64,000 nucleotides of DNA from Candidatus Latescibacterota bacterium (GTDB taxonomy: Bacteria; Latescibacterota; UBA2968): positions 3,808,001-3,872,000 of the forward strand of contig OZ242320.1 in the NCBI GenBank assembly GCA_965208125.1, written 5' to 3'. Shown in pieces: positions 55,061 to 64,000 of the stretch (its first letter is position 1; each line of letters begins with the position of its first letter). A model generated the notes under the pieces. That model was not told the origin of the DNA. It made no database searches and saw only the letters and a list, made by a program, of their open reading frames with translations. The position numbers were made by a program, and so were the translations under genes.

Positions 55061-56202
55061 AAATCGCTAAAATCGAACAATTCTTTCCCCGCCGGAGAAT
55101 GCGTTTGATTAAAATTACGACCGATACGGGTATTGTCGGCTGGGGAGAGACCACCCTTGAAGGCAAACCCAGGAGCACTTGGGCTGCCGTAGAAGAACTT
55201 GCCGATTACCTGATAGGGAAAGATCCCCTGCGGATTGAGCACCACTGGCAACACATTTACCGATCTGCTTTTTACCGCGGGGGCAATGTGCTTATGACCG
55301 CTCTTTCGGGTATTGATCAGGCGCTTTGGGATATTGCGGGCAAATACTTCAATGTGCCGACCTATCAGCTTCTCGGCGGACCGGTGCGCGATCGCATTCG
55401 CGTTTATGCCCATTGGGGGATTCGCGATAGTTCAGAACGCGCTTTGGATGCTGCGCGTGAGCGTCTTGAAATGTTGCAAGAAAAGGGCGGATACAAAGCT
55501 TTTAAATCGGGACCTGGCGGTAAGTGGCGTGCCCACGAACCTCCTGAGGTGATCGACCGCTTTGTCAAATGTGCCTATACCATGCGCGAGTGGGTTGGCG
55601 ACGATTGCGAACTCTGTTTTGATTTTCACGGCAAGATGACGCCTGCGCTTGCCGTGGAGATTTGCCACGAGATCAAAGGCATGCGCCCCATGTTCGTCGA
55701 AGAACCCGTGCCACAGGAAAATGTCGATGCGCTCAAACACGTTTCCGACCATGTGCCCTTTCCCATTGCCACGGGTGAACGCCTGCTTTCGCGCTGGGAA
55801 TTTCGCACTGTTTTTGAAAAAAATGCCGTTGCCTATATCCAGCCCGATGGCTCGCATGCAGGTGGTATTTCCGAACTCAAACGCATTGCGAACATGGCAG
55901 AAGTGTATTATATGCACATCATGCCGCATTGCGCTATTGGGCCGGTCGCTTTTTCCGCATGTATGCAGGTTGATGCCGCTGTGCCCAATTTTCTCATTCA
56001 AGAGCAAGTCGATGCGGGTCTGGGGGAGGACCTGCTGCAAGATCCCTGGGTTGTCAGGGATGGGCATATTGATTTGCCCACCAGGCCCGGTCTGGGTTTT
56101 GACCTCATTCCCACAGAAGCAGAACAAAATATCGGGGTGTATGAAGAAGAACTCGGCGGGGAGTATTTTTACGAAACTGATGGCAGTGTTGCGGATTGGT
56201 AA
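55057..56202 (+). CDS. dgoD: Galactonate dehydratase-like enolase-superfamily enzyme
   Basis: GWGETTLEG, IEHHWQ, SGIDQALWDIAGK, DFHGK, FVEEP, ATGER, QPD, PHC. Confidence 0.85.
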   Translation: MKIAKIEQFFPRRRMRLIKITTDTGIVGWGETTLEGKPRSTWAAVEELADYLIGKDPLRIEHHWQHIYRSAFYRGGNVLMTALSGIDQALWDIAGKYFNVPTYQLLGGPVRDRIRVYAHWGIRDSSERALDAARERLEMLQEKGGYKAFKSGPGGKWRAHEPPEVIDRFVKCAYTMREWVGDDCELCFDFHGKMTPALAVEICHEIKGMRPMFVEEPVPQENVDALKHVSDHVPFPIATGERLLSRWEFRTVFEKNAVAYIQPDGSHAGGISELKRIANMAEVYYMHIMPHCAIGPVAFSACMQVDAAVPNFLIQEQVDAGLGEDLLQDPWVVRDGHIDLPTRPGLGFDLIPTEAEQNIGVYEEELGGEYFYETDGSVADW

Positions 56203-56205
56203 TAT

Positions 56206-57099
56206 ATGAACGAAATAACAGAACAACCCGACAAAATGGGCAAGGCGTTTCTCGATCTTGCCAATCGGGGTGAAGCGCGCTGGACAAGGTATATTTTAAC
56301 GCTGTTGATCATTATTGCTACCTGGATTTTGGGCAGTGGTACAGTCCTGCTCGCTGTTTATGGCCCTGAACCCGAAGGTTCTCCCATGGATGGCACAAGT
56401 CCTTTTCTGGATTTTATTGCCCTTAACTTGCTCTTTGTCACGGTGCTGATCGGCCTGTGGATTGGTATTTGCAACGCACACAAACGCTCTTTACTCACGC
56501 TTATTACGCCACGCGATGATATCCGTTGGGGCCGCATATTGCAGGGCTTTGGTTTGCAAATGGGTCTGGGTATTGTCTTCGCAGCTATTGATGCTCTGCT
56601 TTTTCCAGATAACTACACTTATACTCTGGACCCCGAACGTTTTTACAAATTTGCCATCCTCGTCCTGATCCTCACTCCTTTTCAGACCACTACCGAAGAG
56701 CTTCTCACGCGCAGTTACTTCTTACAAATGCTCGGTCACTTCACGCGACATCCCATTGTTCTCGTTATTCTCAATGCTCTGCCCTTTGCCTTGTTCCATT
56801 TGATGAATCCCGAGATCGCGGCGTATGGTGTAGCGCCCATGTTGATTTCCTACTTTGTCGTCGGTGCATTTCTCGCCCTTGTCACGCTCAAAGATAACGG
56901 AGCAGAACTCGCTATTGGCATTCATGCCGCGAATAACATGTTTGCAGCGGTGCTCGTCAATTACGAAGGCTCCGCGCTATCTACCAATGCCATCTTTACG
57001 ATAAAGGAGGTCAATGTTTGGTCCGGCACGATTGCCTACATTGTCTCCGCAGCTATTATGTATTGGATATTGTTCCGCAGTAAACGACCAGTCCCTTGA
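56206..57099 (+). CDS. CPBP/Abi family intramembrane glutamic endopeptidase
   Basis: EELLTR, FALFH, IGIHAANN motifs within a polytopic membrane protein. Confidence 0.9.
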   Translation: MNEITEQPDKMGKAFLDLANRGEARWTRYILTLLIIIATWILGSGTVLLAVYGPEPEGSPMDGTSPFLDFIALNLLFVTVLIGLWIGICNAHKRSLLTLITPRDDIRWGRILQGFGLQMGLGIVFAAIDALLFPDNYTYTLDPERFYKFAILVLILTPFQTTTEELLTRSYFLQMLGHFTRHPIVLVILNALPFALFHLMNPEIAAYGVAPMLISYFVVGAFLALVTLKDNGAELAIGIHAANNMFAAVLVNYEGSALSTNAIFTIKEVNVWSGTIAYIVSAAIMYWILFRSKRPVP

Positions 57100-57236
57100 T
57101 CTCTTATGGACTGCGATTTTTTGGCCAATGATTGAGTGTAGCCTGGGGTTGCTCAATACCATAGGAGACAGAGCATTTTTCCCGGTGTACCGTATATTGA
57201 TTTTGTTGTCCAGACCGACAGATGAAAGGGCTTGCC

Positions 57237-58310
57237 GTGCCTAAATTTCAAGCGAAGGCTTTGCGCCGGATTGGTTACGAGCTTTTCGAAGCTGCCGGGT
57301 GTACGCCCGAGGACACGCGGACCGTCGTGGACCACCTTGTCGAGTCGAATCTCTTCGGTCACGACTCTCACGGTGCCATCCGGTTCTACGAGTATGCCCG
57401 GGCGGTCCGGGAAGGGCGGTTCCAGCCCCGGGCGGTTCCGGTGGTCGTCGAGGAGTATCCCTGCCTGGCTGTTGTGGATGCGAAGGGGGCGATGGGACAG
57501 GTGGGCGCGACCTTTGCAGCAAAGCTGGCCAGTGAGAAGGCCCGGATACACGGCGTCGGTTGCGTCGCGCTGCGGAATACCAGCCATATAGGCCGGGCTG
57601 GTGCGTATCCGCTCATGGCCGCCCGGGAAGGATTGATTGGTCTGATCTTTGTGAATGCCGGGCACCTGGGTTATCAGATCTCCCCTTTTGGGGGAATCGA
57701 CGGACGCCTGAGCACCAATCCGGTCGCATTTGCTGCCCCCCGACGGGAGGCAGAGCCGATTCTGGTGGACATGACGACTTCGGTGGTGGCAGAAGGAAAG
57801 GTGCGGGTGGCGATCAATAGCGGGCACCAGGTCCCCGAGGGTTGGCTGATCGATTCGGAGGGGAATCCGACCGTGGATCCGGGAGATTTTTCGGCCGATC
57901 CGCCGGGCGCCATTCTCCCTATGGGCGGCGTGGTTGCCCACAAAGGCTTTGCGTTGAGCCTGGTGGTGGAGCTTTTGGGAGGCACTCTCAGCGGGCAGGG
58001 ATGCGCTGCCGGCGAGCGCCAGATGATCAGCAACGGCGTGCTTTTGACGGTGTACGACATTGCGCACTTTACCGATCGGGAGGCCTACTACGACGAGGTG
58101 GAAGCATTGATCCGGCACGTGAAGTCGAGCCGCGTGGCCCCTGGATTTGAGGAAATCCTGCTGCCCGGAGAGCCGGAGTTCCGCAGCGCGATGCAGCGGA
58201 AGATGGAGGGGATCGAGGTAGATGATACAACCTGGTCGATGATCTGCGAGGAAGCGCGTGCCGTCGGGCTGGAACCCCAGCGGTGGGAAGCCGAGCGGTA
58301 TGTCGGTTGA
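57237..58310 (+). CDS. Ldh_2 family (malate/L-sulfolactate/hydroxycarboxylate) dehydrogenase
   Basis: GHDSHG, SHIGRAG, STNPVAF, DMTTS, HKGFAL, LPGEPE; GTG 57237 (or ATG 57222); visibly more GC-rich than its neighbours. Confidence 0.92.
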   Translation: MPKFQAKALRRIGYELFEAAGCTPEDTRTVVDHLVESNLFGHDSHGAIRFYEYARAVREGRFQPRAVPVVVEEYPCLAVVDAKGAMGQVGATFAAKLASEKARIHGVGCVALRNTSHIGRAGAYPLMAAREGLIGLIFVNAGHLGYQISPFGGIDGRLSTNPVAFAAPRREAEPILVDMTTSVVAEGKVRVAINSGHQVPEGWLIDSEGNPTVDPGDFSADPPGAILPMGGVVAHKGFALSLVVELLGGTLSGQGCAAGERQMISNGVLLTVYDIAHFTDREAYYDEVEALIRHVKSSRVAPGFEEILLPGEPEFRSAMQRKMEGIEVDDTTWSMICEEARAVGLEPQRWEAERYVG

Positions 58311-58340
58311 GCGCGCGCTGGCTCCGGGAATGAAAAAGAC

Positions 58341-58381
58341 AAATGGGAGATATGGCCTTTAGCCGTGTCTCCCATTTTTTT
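58341..58381 (+). terminator. Rho-independent terminator
   Basis: atgggagatatggc...gccgtgtctcccat stem followed by a T tract. Confidence 0.8.
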
Positions 58382-58545
58382 AGCGATTAGAAAAGGCCAA
58401 TAGCGTGTCCAGTTTTCAGATATACATCAGCTATAGCTTTGCGAGGATCGGATTCGACAGGGTGAAGCCTGGGAAATGCCTCGGATTATAATTTGCACCT
58501 TAAAACAAATTAGAGTATCTTAAAAAACAAATAAGGAAAAGTGCT

Positions 58546-60309
58546 ATGAATGCGATTTATCCTGAAACCGAATACAACTTCGTAATAGGCAAAAGTCCGC
58601 AAATGCGGGAAGTCTATCGCCAGATGCAAACGGCTGCCAAAGGGGCGGGAAGCGTGCTGATTGCAGGAGAAAGCGGCACAGGAAAAGACCTGGTCGCTCA
58701 GTACATCCACCACAAAAGCGGTCGCGCCCCAAATCCCTTTGTGCCCGTGAATTGCGGCGCTATTCCCAAAGAACTCTTTGAAAGCGAACTGTTCGGACAC
58801 AAAAAAGGTTCTTTTACCGGCGCCGTAAACGAAACCGCTGGCCTTTTCAGATCTGCTGATACAGGGACCATATTTCTGGATGAGATTACCGAAATTCCAC
58901 TCGAAACCCAGGTCAAACTTTTGCGCGTTCTTCAAGAGAAGCGCATTCGCCCCCTCGGAAGCACGGAAGAAATTCCCCTGGATGTCCAGGTCATTGCAGC
59001 CACCAACCGCGACCTGGAGCAGGTGCTCTGGAACAGAAGCTTCCGGGAAGATCTCTATTACCGGCTCGGGGCAGTCACCATCTATATCCCGCCCCTGCGG
59101 GAACATTTAGAAGACATCCCGGAACTGGTCGCCGCTTTCATCCAAAAGCTCAACCGGCGCCTTAAACGCAACATCCTGGGCGTTCACCCAGATATAATGC
59201 AAAACCTCACCAAATATTCCTGGCCCGGCAATGTACGTCAGCTTGAAAACGTCATTGAGAATGCATATTTGTTTACCAAAGGGAAGTGGATTACCAGGTT
59301 GGGGGTGAAACTCGAAGAGGATACCCAATCTCTTGTGAGATCCACAGGAGAAATTAGCACATCCCTGGATCCGAGCGAATTCTACTTGCCGTCCAAAGCG
59401 ATGTCAACCTCCTTGAGACGGAAAATTCAAAGTGCAGCAAAAAGTCCGGCAGGCGTGTTGATCCTGGGAGAAGAAGGGACCGGTTGCCATATGATTGGAC
59501 GGGAAATTCACCGTCAGAGCACCTATGCCAAGGGTCCCTTTGTCATCGTCAACTGCGATACGATTCCACCCGAACTTTTTGAAAAAGAGCTGTTCGGGAA
59601 TTCCATTTTTGAAGATACGCAAGAACATTTTGAAGGATATATGCACCAGGCCGAAAGCGGCACGCTCTTTCTCTACGAAGTCACGACCATACCGTACCGG
59701 ATTCAGGTGCTGCTGTGTCGCTTGTTCGAAGCAGACAGGATGCGTCCGACCGGGTTTTCCAGGGACCTTCCGAAAAATCTTCGCGTTATTGCCTATACGT
59801 CGCAAGATCTGCATCAGGCTTTGAAAGAGAAAAGTCTATCCGTTGGGTTATATACCCGATTGAGTGGGTTTGTCATTCACATTCCGACTTTGCGGGAACA
59901 AAAAGAGAAAATTCCAGAATTCGCAGATTATTTTGTCAAATTATTCGCCACTCAGCAACAACGTCCGGCTCCCCAAATTCACGACAAAGCACTGGCATCT
60001 CTGATGGCCTATTCCTGGCCGGGCAATCTACTGGAACTGCGCTTTGTTATCCAGGGTGCTCTTACTGCGGCGAACTTTGGCACAATTCAAAAACACCACC
60101 TGCCAGACCAACTGGGCATACACTGGCAGACGGATGGACACACAGACACACGGGGCAAACTCTACGATGTAGAGCAGGATTTACTTCAAGAAGCACTTCA
60201 AAAAGCCGATGGAAACAAAACCCAGGCCGCTCGACTTCTCGGTATCTCCCGGAAAAAGGTTTACAAAATGTTGGAAAGTTCACCCCTTCATCATGAATCC
60301 GGATTTTAA
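58546..60309 (+). CDS. Sigma54-dependent activator with two tandem AAA+ domains and a Fis-type HTH, no sensory domain
   Basis: Domain 1: [49 protein letters not shown]. Domain 2: [32 protein letters not shown]: [21 protein letters not shown]. Confidence 0.9.
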   Translation: MNAIYPETEYNFVIGKSPQMREVYRQMQTAAKGAGSVLIAGESGTGKDLVAQYIHHKSGRAPNPFVPVNCGAIPKELFESELFGHKKGSFTGAVNETAGLFRSADTGTIFLDEITEIPLETQVKLLRVLQEKRIRPLGSTEEIPLDVQVIAATNRDLEQVLWNRSFREDLYYRLGAVTIYIPPLREHLEDIPELVAAFIQKLNRRLKRNILGVHPDIMQNLTKYSWPGNVRQLENVIENAYLFTKGKWITRLGVKLEEDTQSLVRSTGEISTSLDPSEFYLPSKAMSTSLRRKIQSAAKSPAGVLILGEEGTGCHMIGREIHRQSTYAKGPFVIVNCDTIPPELFEKELFGNSIFEDTQEHFEGYMHQAESGTLFLYEVTTIPYRIQVLLCRLFEADRMRPTGFSRDLPKNLRVIAYTSQDLHQALKEKSLSVGLYTRLSGFVIHIPTLREQKEKIPEFADYFVKLFATQQQRPAPQIHDKALASLMAYSWPGNLLELRFVIQGALTAANFGTIQKHHLPDQLGIHWQTDGHTDTRGKLYDVEQDLLQEALQKADGNKTQAARLLGISRKKVYKMLESSPLHHESGF

Positions 60310-60317
60310 TCCTTCAG

Positions 60318-60353
60318 TGTTTCCTTTCGAAACAACTGTATCCTGAGGGAACG
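60318..60353. promoter_or_regulatory. Candidate tandem upstream activator sequences (enhancers)
   Basis: TGTTTC-N5-GAAACA (60318-60334) and the related TGTATCCTGAGGGAACG (60337-60353), about 135-170 bp upstream of the -24/-12 site. Confidence 0.6.
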
Positions 60354-60486
60354 TACCAGATGCTTCTCGCCAAACTGGAATTCCCGGGCCCTGCAGGAAC
60401 TCTCCATTCAATTTCATTCACATAAATATATATAAAATAATAGTCTAATTGTGCCAGACAATCTGATTTCCATTTTTTTCGTTGTC

Positions 60487-60502
60487 TGGCATGTTTTTTG
60501 CT
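60487..60502 (+). promoter_or_regulatory. Sigma54 (-24/-12) promoter
   Basis: TGGCATG-TTTT-TTGCT, exact GG-N10-GC spacing, one mismatch to TGGCACG-N4-TTGCW. Confidence 0.85.
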
Positions 60503-60623
60503 TATAGGTTAAATAAGATAAAATAATTTTTTGATGAATTGATTCAGCCACCTTAAAATTACACTTAATCCCTGCCAAATCTACTGCCTCAATTTCTGTC
60601 CCGATTATCGCGAGGAATATACG

Positions 60624-61025
60624 TTGAACAGGCGCATTTTGATTGTCTCCGAAGATTCCCGGCTGGCCTGGGACGTGAAAAATCTTCTGTCTGGCGAACC
60701 TGTGGAACAGACTGAAGTGCGTTCCGGGCAGGCATGTCTGGATATGATTGTGAGTACTCCTGTGGAAATTGTCGTGATAGACGACCGTCTCCAGGATATG
60801 CAGGCAGTGGATCTAATCAGACATATCAAATCCACAGTGCCAGATATAATCGTCATCCTGGGTGCCTATAAACATTCTATCCAGGATGAAATAGAGGCCA
60901 GGCGAGCTGGGGCCTCCTACTGTATCATCGGTCCCGGCGAATACGATACCCTCTACCAGTTTTTGCTACAGGCCATTGCGTTAGAAAACAGACACCTTTT
61001 GAGTAAAAATAAAAAAAGGAGGTGA
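60624..61025 (+). CDS. Stand-alone atypical receiver (CheY-like) domain protein
   Basis: RILIVSED, SGQACL, VVIDDRLQDMQAVDLI, EARRAGASY; conserved Lys replaced (IIGP); GAGGA RBS, TTG start. Confidence 0.75.
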   Translation: MNRRILIVSEDSRLAWDVKNLLSGEPVEQTEVRSGQACLDMIVSTPVEIVVIDDRLQDMQAVDLIRHIKSTVPDIIVILGAYKHSIQDEIEARRAGASYCIIGPGEYDTLYQFLLQAIALENRHLLSKNKKRR

Positions 61026-61104
61026 TATCGCGTTTAACACAGCTACAATAGTCACGATAGATGTGGATTCATCCTGATTACACCAAATCCGAGAGGAGGC
61101 GTTT

Positions 61105-61815
61105 ATGATTCGATTTCGAAGTATTTTGTTTGGCGGAGTTCTCGTGCTGATCCTGGGAGGAATCTCATTCGCCCAGGAATTTACTCCCCGAGTGGGCATC
61201 GCGGGGAATATTAGCGTGAACCTGCCTGTACTGGGACTCCGAACCTGGTTTACACAGGCCCCGCAATTCGGGGTCAATATTGTGTATCATCGCCATGCGC
61301 GGATAGAAGTGGAGTACGAATATCACTACGCCCGGTTTGACGGTGGGAGTCTGGAGGATGCCGAGTTTATGTGGGCACCAACCGGTACCACAGATCTTCA
61401 GTCTTACAAAAGCCCCAACGCGCAATCCAGGATGCGTTTTCACAGCTTTCTGGTCAACGGCGTCTTCTTTTTTGGCAAGCAACTCAATGACCAAAAGGCT
61501 CGGCCTTATTTCACATTCGGGAGCGGTATGTATCACTATCGTACTACTGAAACAGGGCTGATCTTTCCAGGACAAACGGGTAACTCGTTGAACACCAGCA
61601 TTGTTCTGGAATCCGACGGGGATGTCCGAACAACTGTCGGTATCAATTTTGGTCTGGGCGTTGCTTTCTATACATCCGATCGATTCGCCCTTGATTTGCG
61701 TGGTCGATACCACATTATCATAGGTCAGTTACGCCCCATGGAGGCGTGGGGATTGAAGCAGGTTTTTCCCTTCCATGCGCTGGATCTGGGCATTCGCGTG
61801 AAGACCTACTTTTAG
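61105..61815 (+). CDS. Outer-membrane beta-barrel protein (8-stranded OmpA/W-like)
   Basis: Signal peptide, alternating aromatic strands, RPYFTFGSG, GINFGLG, DLRGRYH, terminal Phe (KTYF); GAGGAGG RBS. Confidence 0.8.
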   Translation: MIRFRSILFGGVLVLILGGISFAQEFTPRVGIAGNISVNLPVLGLRTWFTQAPQFGVNIVYHRHARIEVEYEYHYARFDGGSLEDAEFMWAPTGTTDLQSYKSPNAQSRMRFHSFLVNGVFFFGKQLNDQKARPYFTFGSGMYHYRTTETGLIFPGQTGNSLNTSIVLESDGDVRTTVGINFGLGVAFYTSDRFALDLRGRYHIIIGQLRPMEAWGLKQVFPFHALDLGIRVKTYF

Positions 61816-61827
61816 GGGGAACACAAT

Positions 61828-64000
61828 ATGCGAGAATCAAAACAAATTCTCCTGTGGTGCATGGCGCTGAGTCTGGTTCTGTTCGGTGCTGACTTGACAT
61901 TCGCCGCCACTACGGGAAAGATTTCTGGTACTGTCAGAGACGCCCAGGGGCAACCGCTTCCCGGAGCCAATGTGGTCGTCAAGGGGATGCGTTTGGGGGC
62001 TACCACAGACGCCGATGGAATTTATTTTATTCTTACCGTACCACCTGGGGTGCACACATTGACTGCCTCTCTGGTGGGCTATGGAACGATCTCTCAAACC
62101 GATGTAAAAGTCGCCGTTGACCTGACTACGACGGTCGATTTCGCGCTGGAGGAAATAGCTCTACAGGCCACAGAATTGGTTGTGATTGCCGAGCGTCCAC
62201 CTGTGGAACCGGATAAAACCACCAGCAAATACATCCTGGGATCAGAGGAAATTGAGTCGCTTCCCATCATCAGGAGCGTTTCTGGACTCCTCGCTTTACA
62301 GCCCGGCGTTTTGCCGGAGGGAAACGACATGATTCGCGGAACTGGTGCCGCGGATGTGACCTATTACATAGATGGAATCCCCATTGTGACCACCGATGGC
62401 GTGGGTGCATTTGACCGTTTCCAGTTTCAAAACACATCGGCTGTCCAGGAACTCACCGTATTGACCGGAGGATGGGAGGCAGAATATGGCAATGCCCAGG
62501 CCGGTATCATCAATCTGGTCACGCGGGAGGCAGGGGAAAACTATTCTGGACGATTGGAGTACAAGTTTGATCCTTCGGGCAAAAAACACTGGGGTAACGA
62601 CGTTTACGACGCTCCTCAGTTTAGAGATAACTTGAAGTGGGGAGATGCCGCCTGGGAAAATGAGACAGATCCCGAAACGGGACAAACTATTCACCAGCGG
62701 ATCGATTATGCCGATGCAGCAGGCCATTTCATAGAGGCGAATCTATCTGGACCACTTACGCCTGACGCCGGGCTATTCGTCAGCACGCGCTTTGATCGGT
62801 CCGCCCGTTCGTTTCCTTCCTCTTCCTCGCACACTCCGGGAAATACCCGCAATACAGTCAAGCTAAATTACAATATGTCAGACAATGTAAAGTTCAAGCT
62901 CGGGGGATTCTACCATTGGAGCAAAGGGTGGAACAACGGCACCAGTTTGGGTAGAAGCGCTACGGCCGGTGCTATCCGGGGTCTGGGAGACGGTGGGAGA
63001 AATGTCTTTCTACCGGAAGGAAGTTCTGCGGGACGGTTCACGGATAGTGAGAGTTTGATCTACGCCTCTTTGACCCACACTTTGAGTCCAAAGACATTCT
63101 ATGAAGCCAAAATATCGCGCTCTTTTTCCAGGCAAGATACCAGCGATATTCCCGCAGCGACTCAGCCCCTGCGCAGGGATGCGGCCGGGTACTTCAACCT
63201 GTCGCGCGACGTGCGTGCCTACGAAATTTCAGCGCGCGCGCGTTACAACGTCAAGTTCGATATTTCCAGCCAGATCACGAGGGGACATCTGGTCAAGACC
63301 GGGGCTGACTTCACCTATTCCGACGCCTGGGCATTTGGCGAGATTGGAGAAAACGAGTCCCGTCGCGTCGTTGCCTTTTACGCAAAAGATGGGGCTCCAG
63401 ATGGAAACTTTCAGCGGGGAATCAACCCTTTTCAGTGGGGACTCTATTTGCAAGATAAGATGGAATTCAGCGGCATGATCGTCAATGCAGGCGTTCGCCT
63501 GGATGGATTCCACAATGGAGAAAAAGGCTCCGCAGTTCCACCTTTTGAAACATCACCTATGTACAACAAACTCCGACATTTTCGAAACGCACCACGGGCA
63601 GACGCCGATGCCAAAATCGCGTTCAGCCCTCGATTGGGTGTTTCACATCCCATCACCGCTGCAAGCACCATCCGGTTTTTCTATGGGAGATTTTACAAAT
63701 TTCCGAATCTCTGGACGATGAACCGGCAGGTCTGGGTGGGGAGCTTTCCCGACATCGACATCAACGGCAACGGACAGATTGATCCCGAGGAGCGGTTCAA
63801 TGATCTCGGAAAGGAAAACCAGATCGGCGTTGGAAACATAGCCACACCGCCGGAGAAAACCACCAGTTTTGAGGTGGGAACCGACTGGAACGTGGTTTCG
63901 GACTATACTTTATCGCTAACCGCCTACTACAAAACGGTAGATAATCAGTTATCTACTGGTACAACGGGCGGCGAGACGACGATCTGGCAGGATCCCGGCA
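61828..64000 (+). CDS. TonB-dependent receptor with N-terminal carboxypeptidase-regulatory-like domain (3'-truncated by the window; absent from the ORF track)
   Basis: ATG 61828: MRESKQILLW...ATTGKISGTVRDAQGQPLPGANVVV...plug LQPGV, IRG, YYIDG, TGGWEAEYGNAQAGIINLVT; barrel YLQDKMEF, NAGVRLD, FSPRLGVSHPI, PEKTTSFEVG. Confidence 0.93.
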   Translation, partial: MRESKQILLWCMALSLVLFGADLTFAATTGKISGTVRDAQGQPLPGANVVVKGMRLGATTDADGIYFILTVPPGVHTLTASLVGYGTISQTDVKVAVDLTTTVDFALEEIALQATELVVIAERPPVEPDKTTSKYILGSEEIESLPIIRSVSGLLALQPGVLPEGNDMIRGTGAADVTYYIDGIPIVTTDGVGAFDRFQFQNTSAVQELTVLTGGWEAEYGNAQAGIINLVTREAGENYSGRLEYKFDPSGKKHWGNDVYDAPQFRDNLKWGDAAWENETDPETGQTIHQRIDYADAAGHFIEANLSGPLTPDAGLFVSTRFDRSARSFPSSSSHTPGNTRNTVKLNYNMSDNVKFKLGGFYHWSKGWNNGTSLGRSATAGAIRGLGDGGRNVFLPEGSSAGRFTDSESLIYASLTHTLSPKTFYEAKISRSFSRQDTSDIPAATQPLRRDAAGYFNLSRDVRAYEISARARYNVKFDISSQITRGHLVKTGADFTYSDAWAFGEIGENESRRVVAFYAKDGAPDGNFQRGINPFQWGLYLQDKMEFSGMIVNAGVRLDGFHNGEKGSAVPPFETSPMYNKLRHFRNAPRADADAKIAFSPRLGVSHPITAASTIRFFYGRFYKFPNLWTMNRQVWVGSFPDIDINGNGQIDPEERFNDLGKENQIGVGNIATPPEKTTSFEVGTDWNVVSDYTLSLTAYYKTVDNQLSTGTTGGETTIWQDPG

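Noticed and set aside
57153-58118. Long antisense ORF (321 aa), and similar ones at 19918-21036, 33407-34264, 23109-23903 and 55432-56226
   Set aside because: They lie opposite well-supported genes and have no recognisable motifs; they are shadow ORFs from codon bias.
58441-58470. tmRNA 5'-end-like motif (ggattcgacaggg)
   Set aside because: No GGGG 5' acceptor strand, no matching T-arm/CCA 3' end, and too little space before the next gene.
60441-60461. Divergent second sigma54 promoter on the minus strand (TGGCAC)
   Set aside because: The -24 element is present but there is no GC at the -12 position.

Overview
Gene-dense bacterial chromosomal window with no rRNA, tRNA or CRISPR array detected. 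The gene mix (many Gfo/Idh/MocA and MDR dehydrogenases, sulfatase, PhyH, HpcH aldolases, a DUF6785-type membrane protein, a secreted WD40 protein with a C-terminal DxDxDG..FxDFL module) resembles marine-sponge-associated Ca. Latescibacterota/Gemmatimonadota/Poribacteria-type genomes; this is inference, as no marker gene is present. Layout: (1) 1-25.9 kb, carbohydrate and small-molecule catabolism, plus a PAC2 proteasome-chaperone homolog and a tandem amidohydrolase pair. (2) 25.9-31.0 kb, a decayed accessory island: two complementary tyrosine-recombinase remnants flank a 14-repeat WD40 gene whose DNA repeats are near-identical and mosaic, followed by a palindrome cluster, a chimeric Phd-like antitoxin and hicAB. 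(3) 32-38.5 kb, a DUF1800-DUF1501-NHL operon, a membrane protein and an AAC(3)-like gene. (4) 38.6-50.8 kb, a complete alternative complex III (actABCDEF) + SCO + A2-type caa3 oxidase operon. (5) 51-58.3 kb, mixed enzymes and a repeat surface protein. (6) 58.5-64 kb, a sigma54 activator with two tandem AAA+ domains (one intact, one degenerate), followed by candidate enhancers, a near-consensus -24/-12 promoter, an atypical receiver protein, an outer-membrane beta-barrel and a TonB-dependent receptor that runs off the window. All functional calls come from motif recognition by eye; no searches were run.
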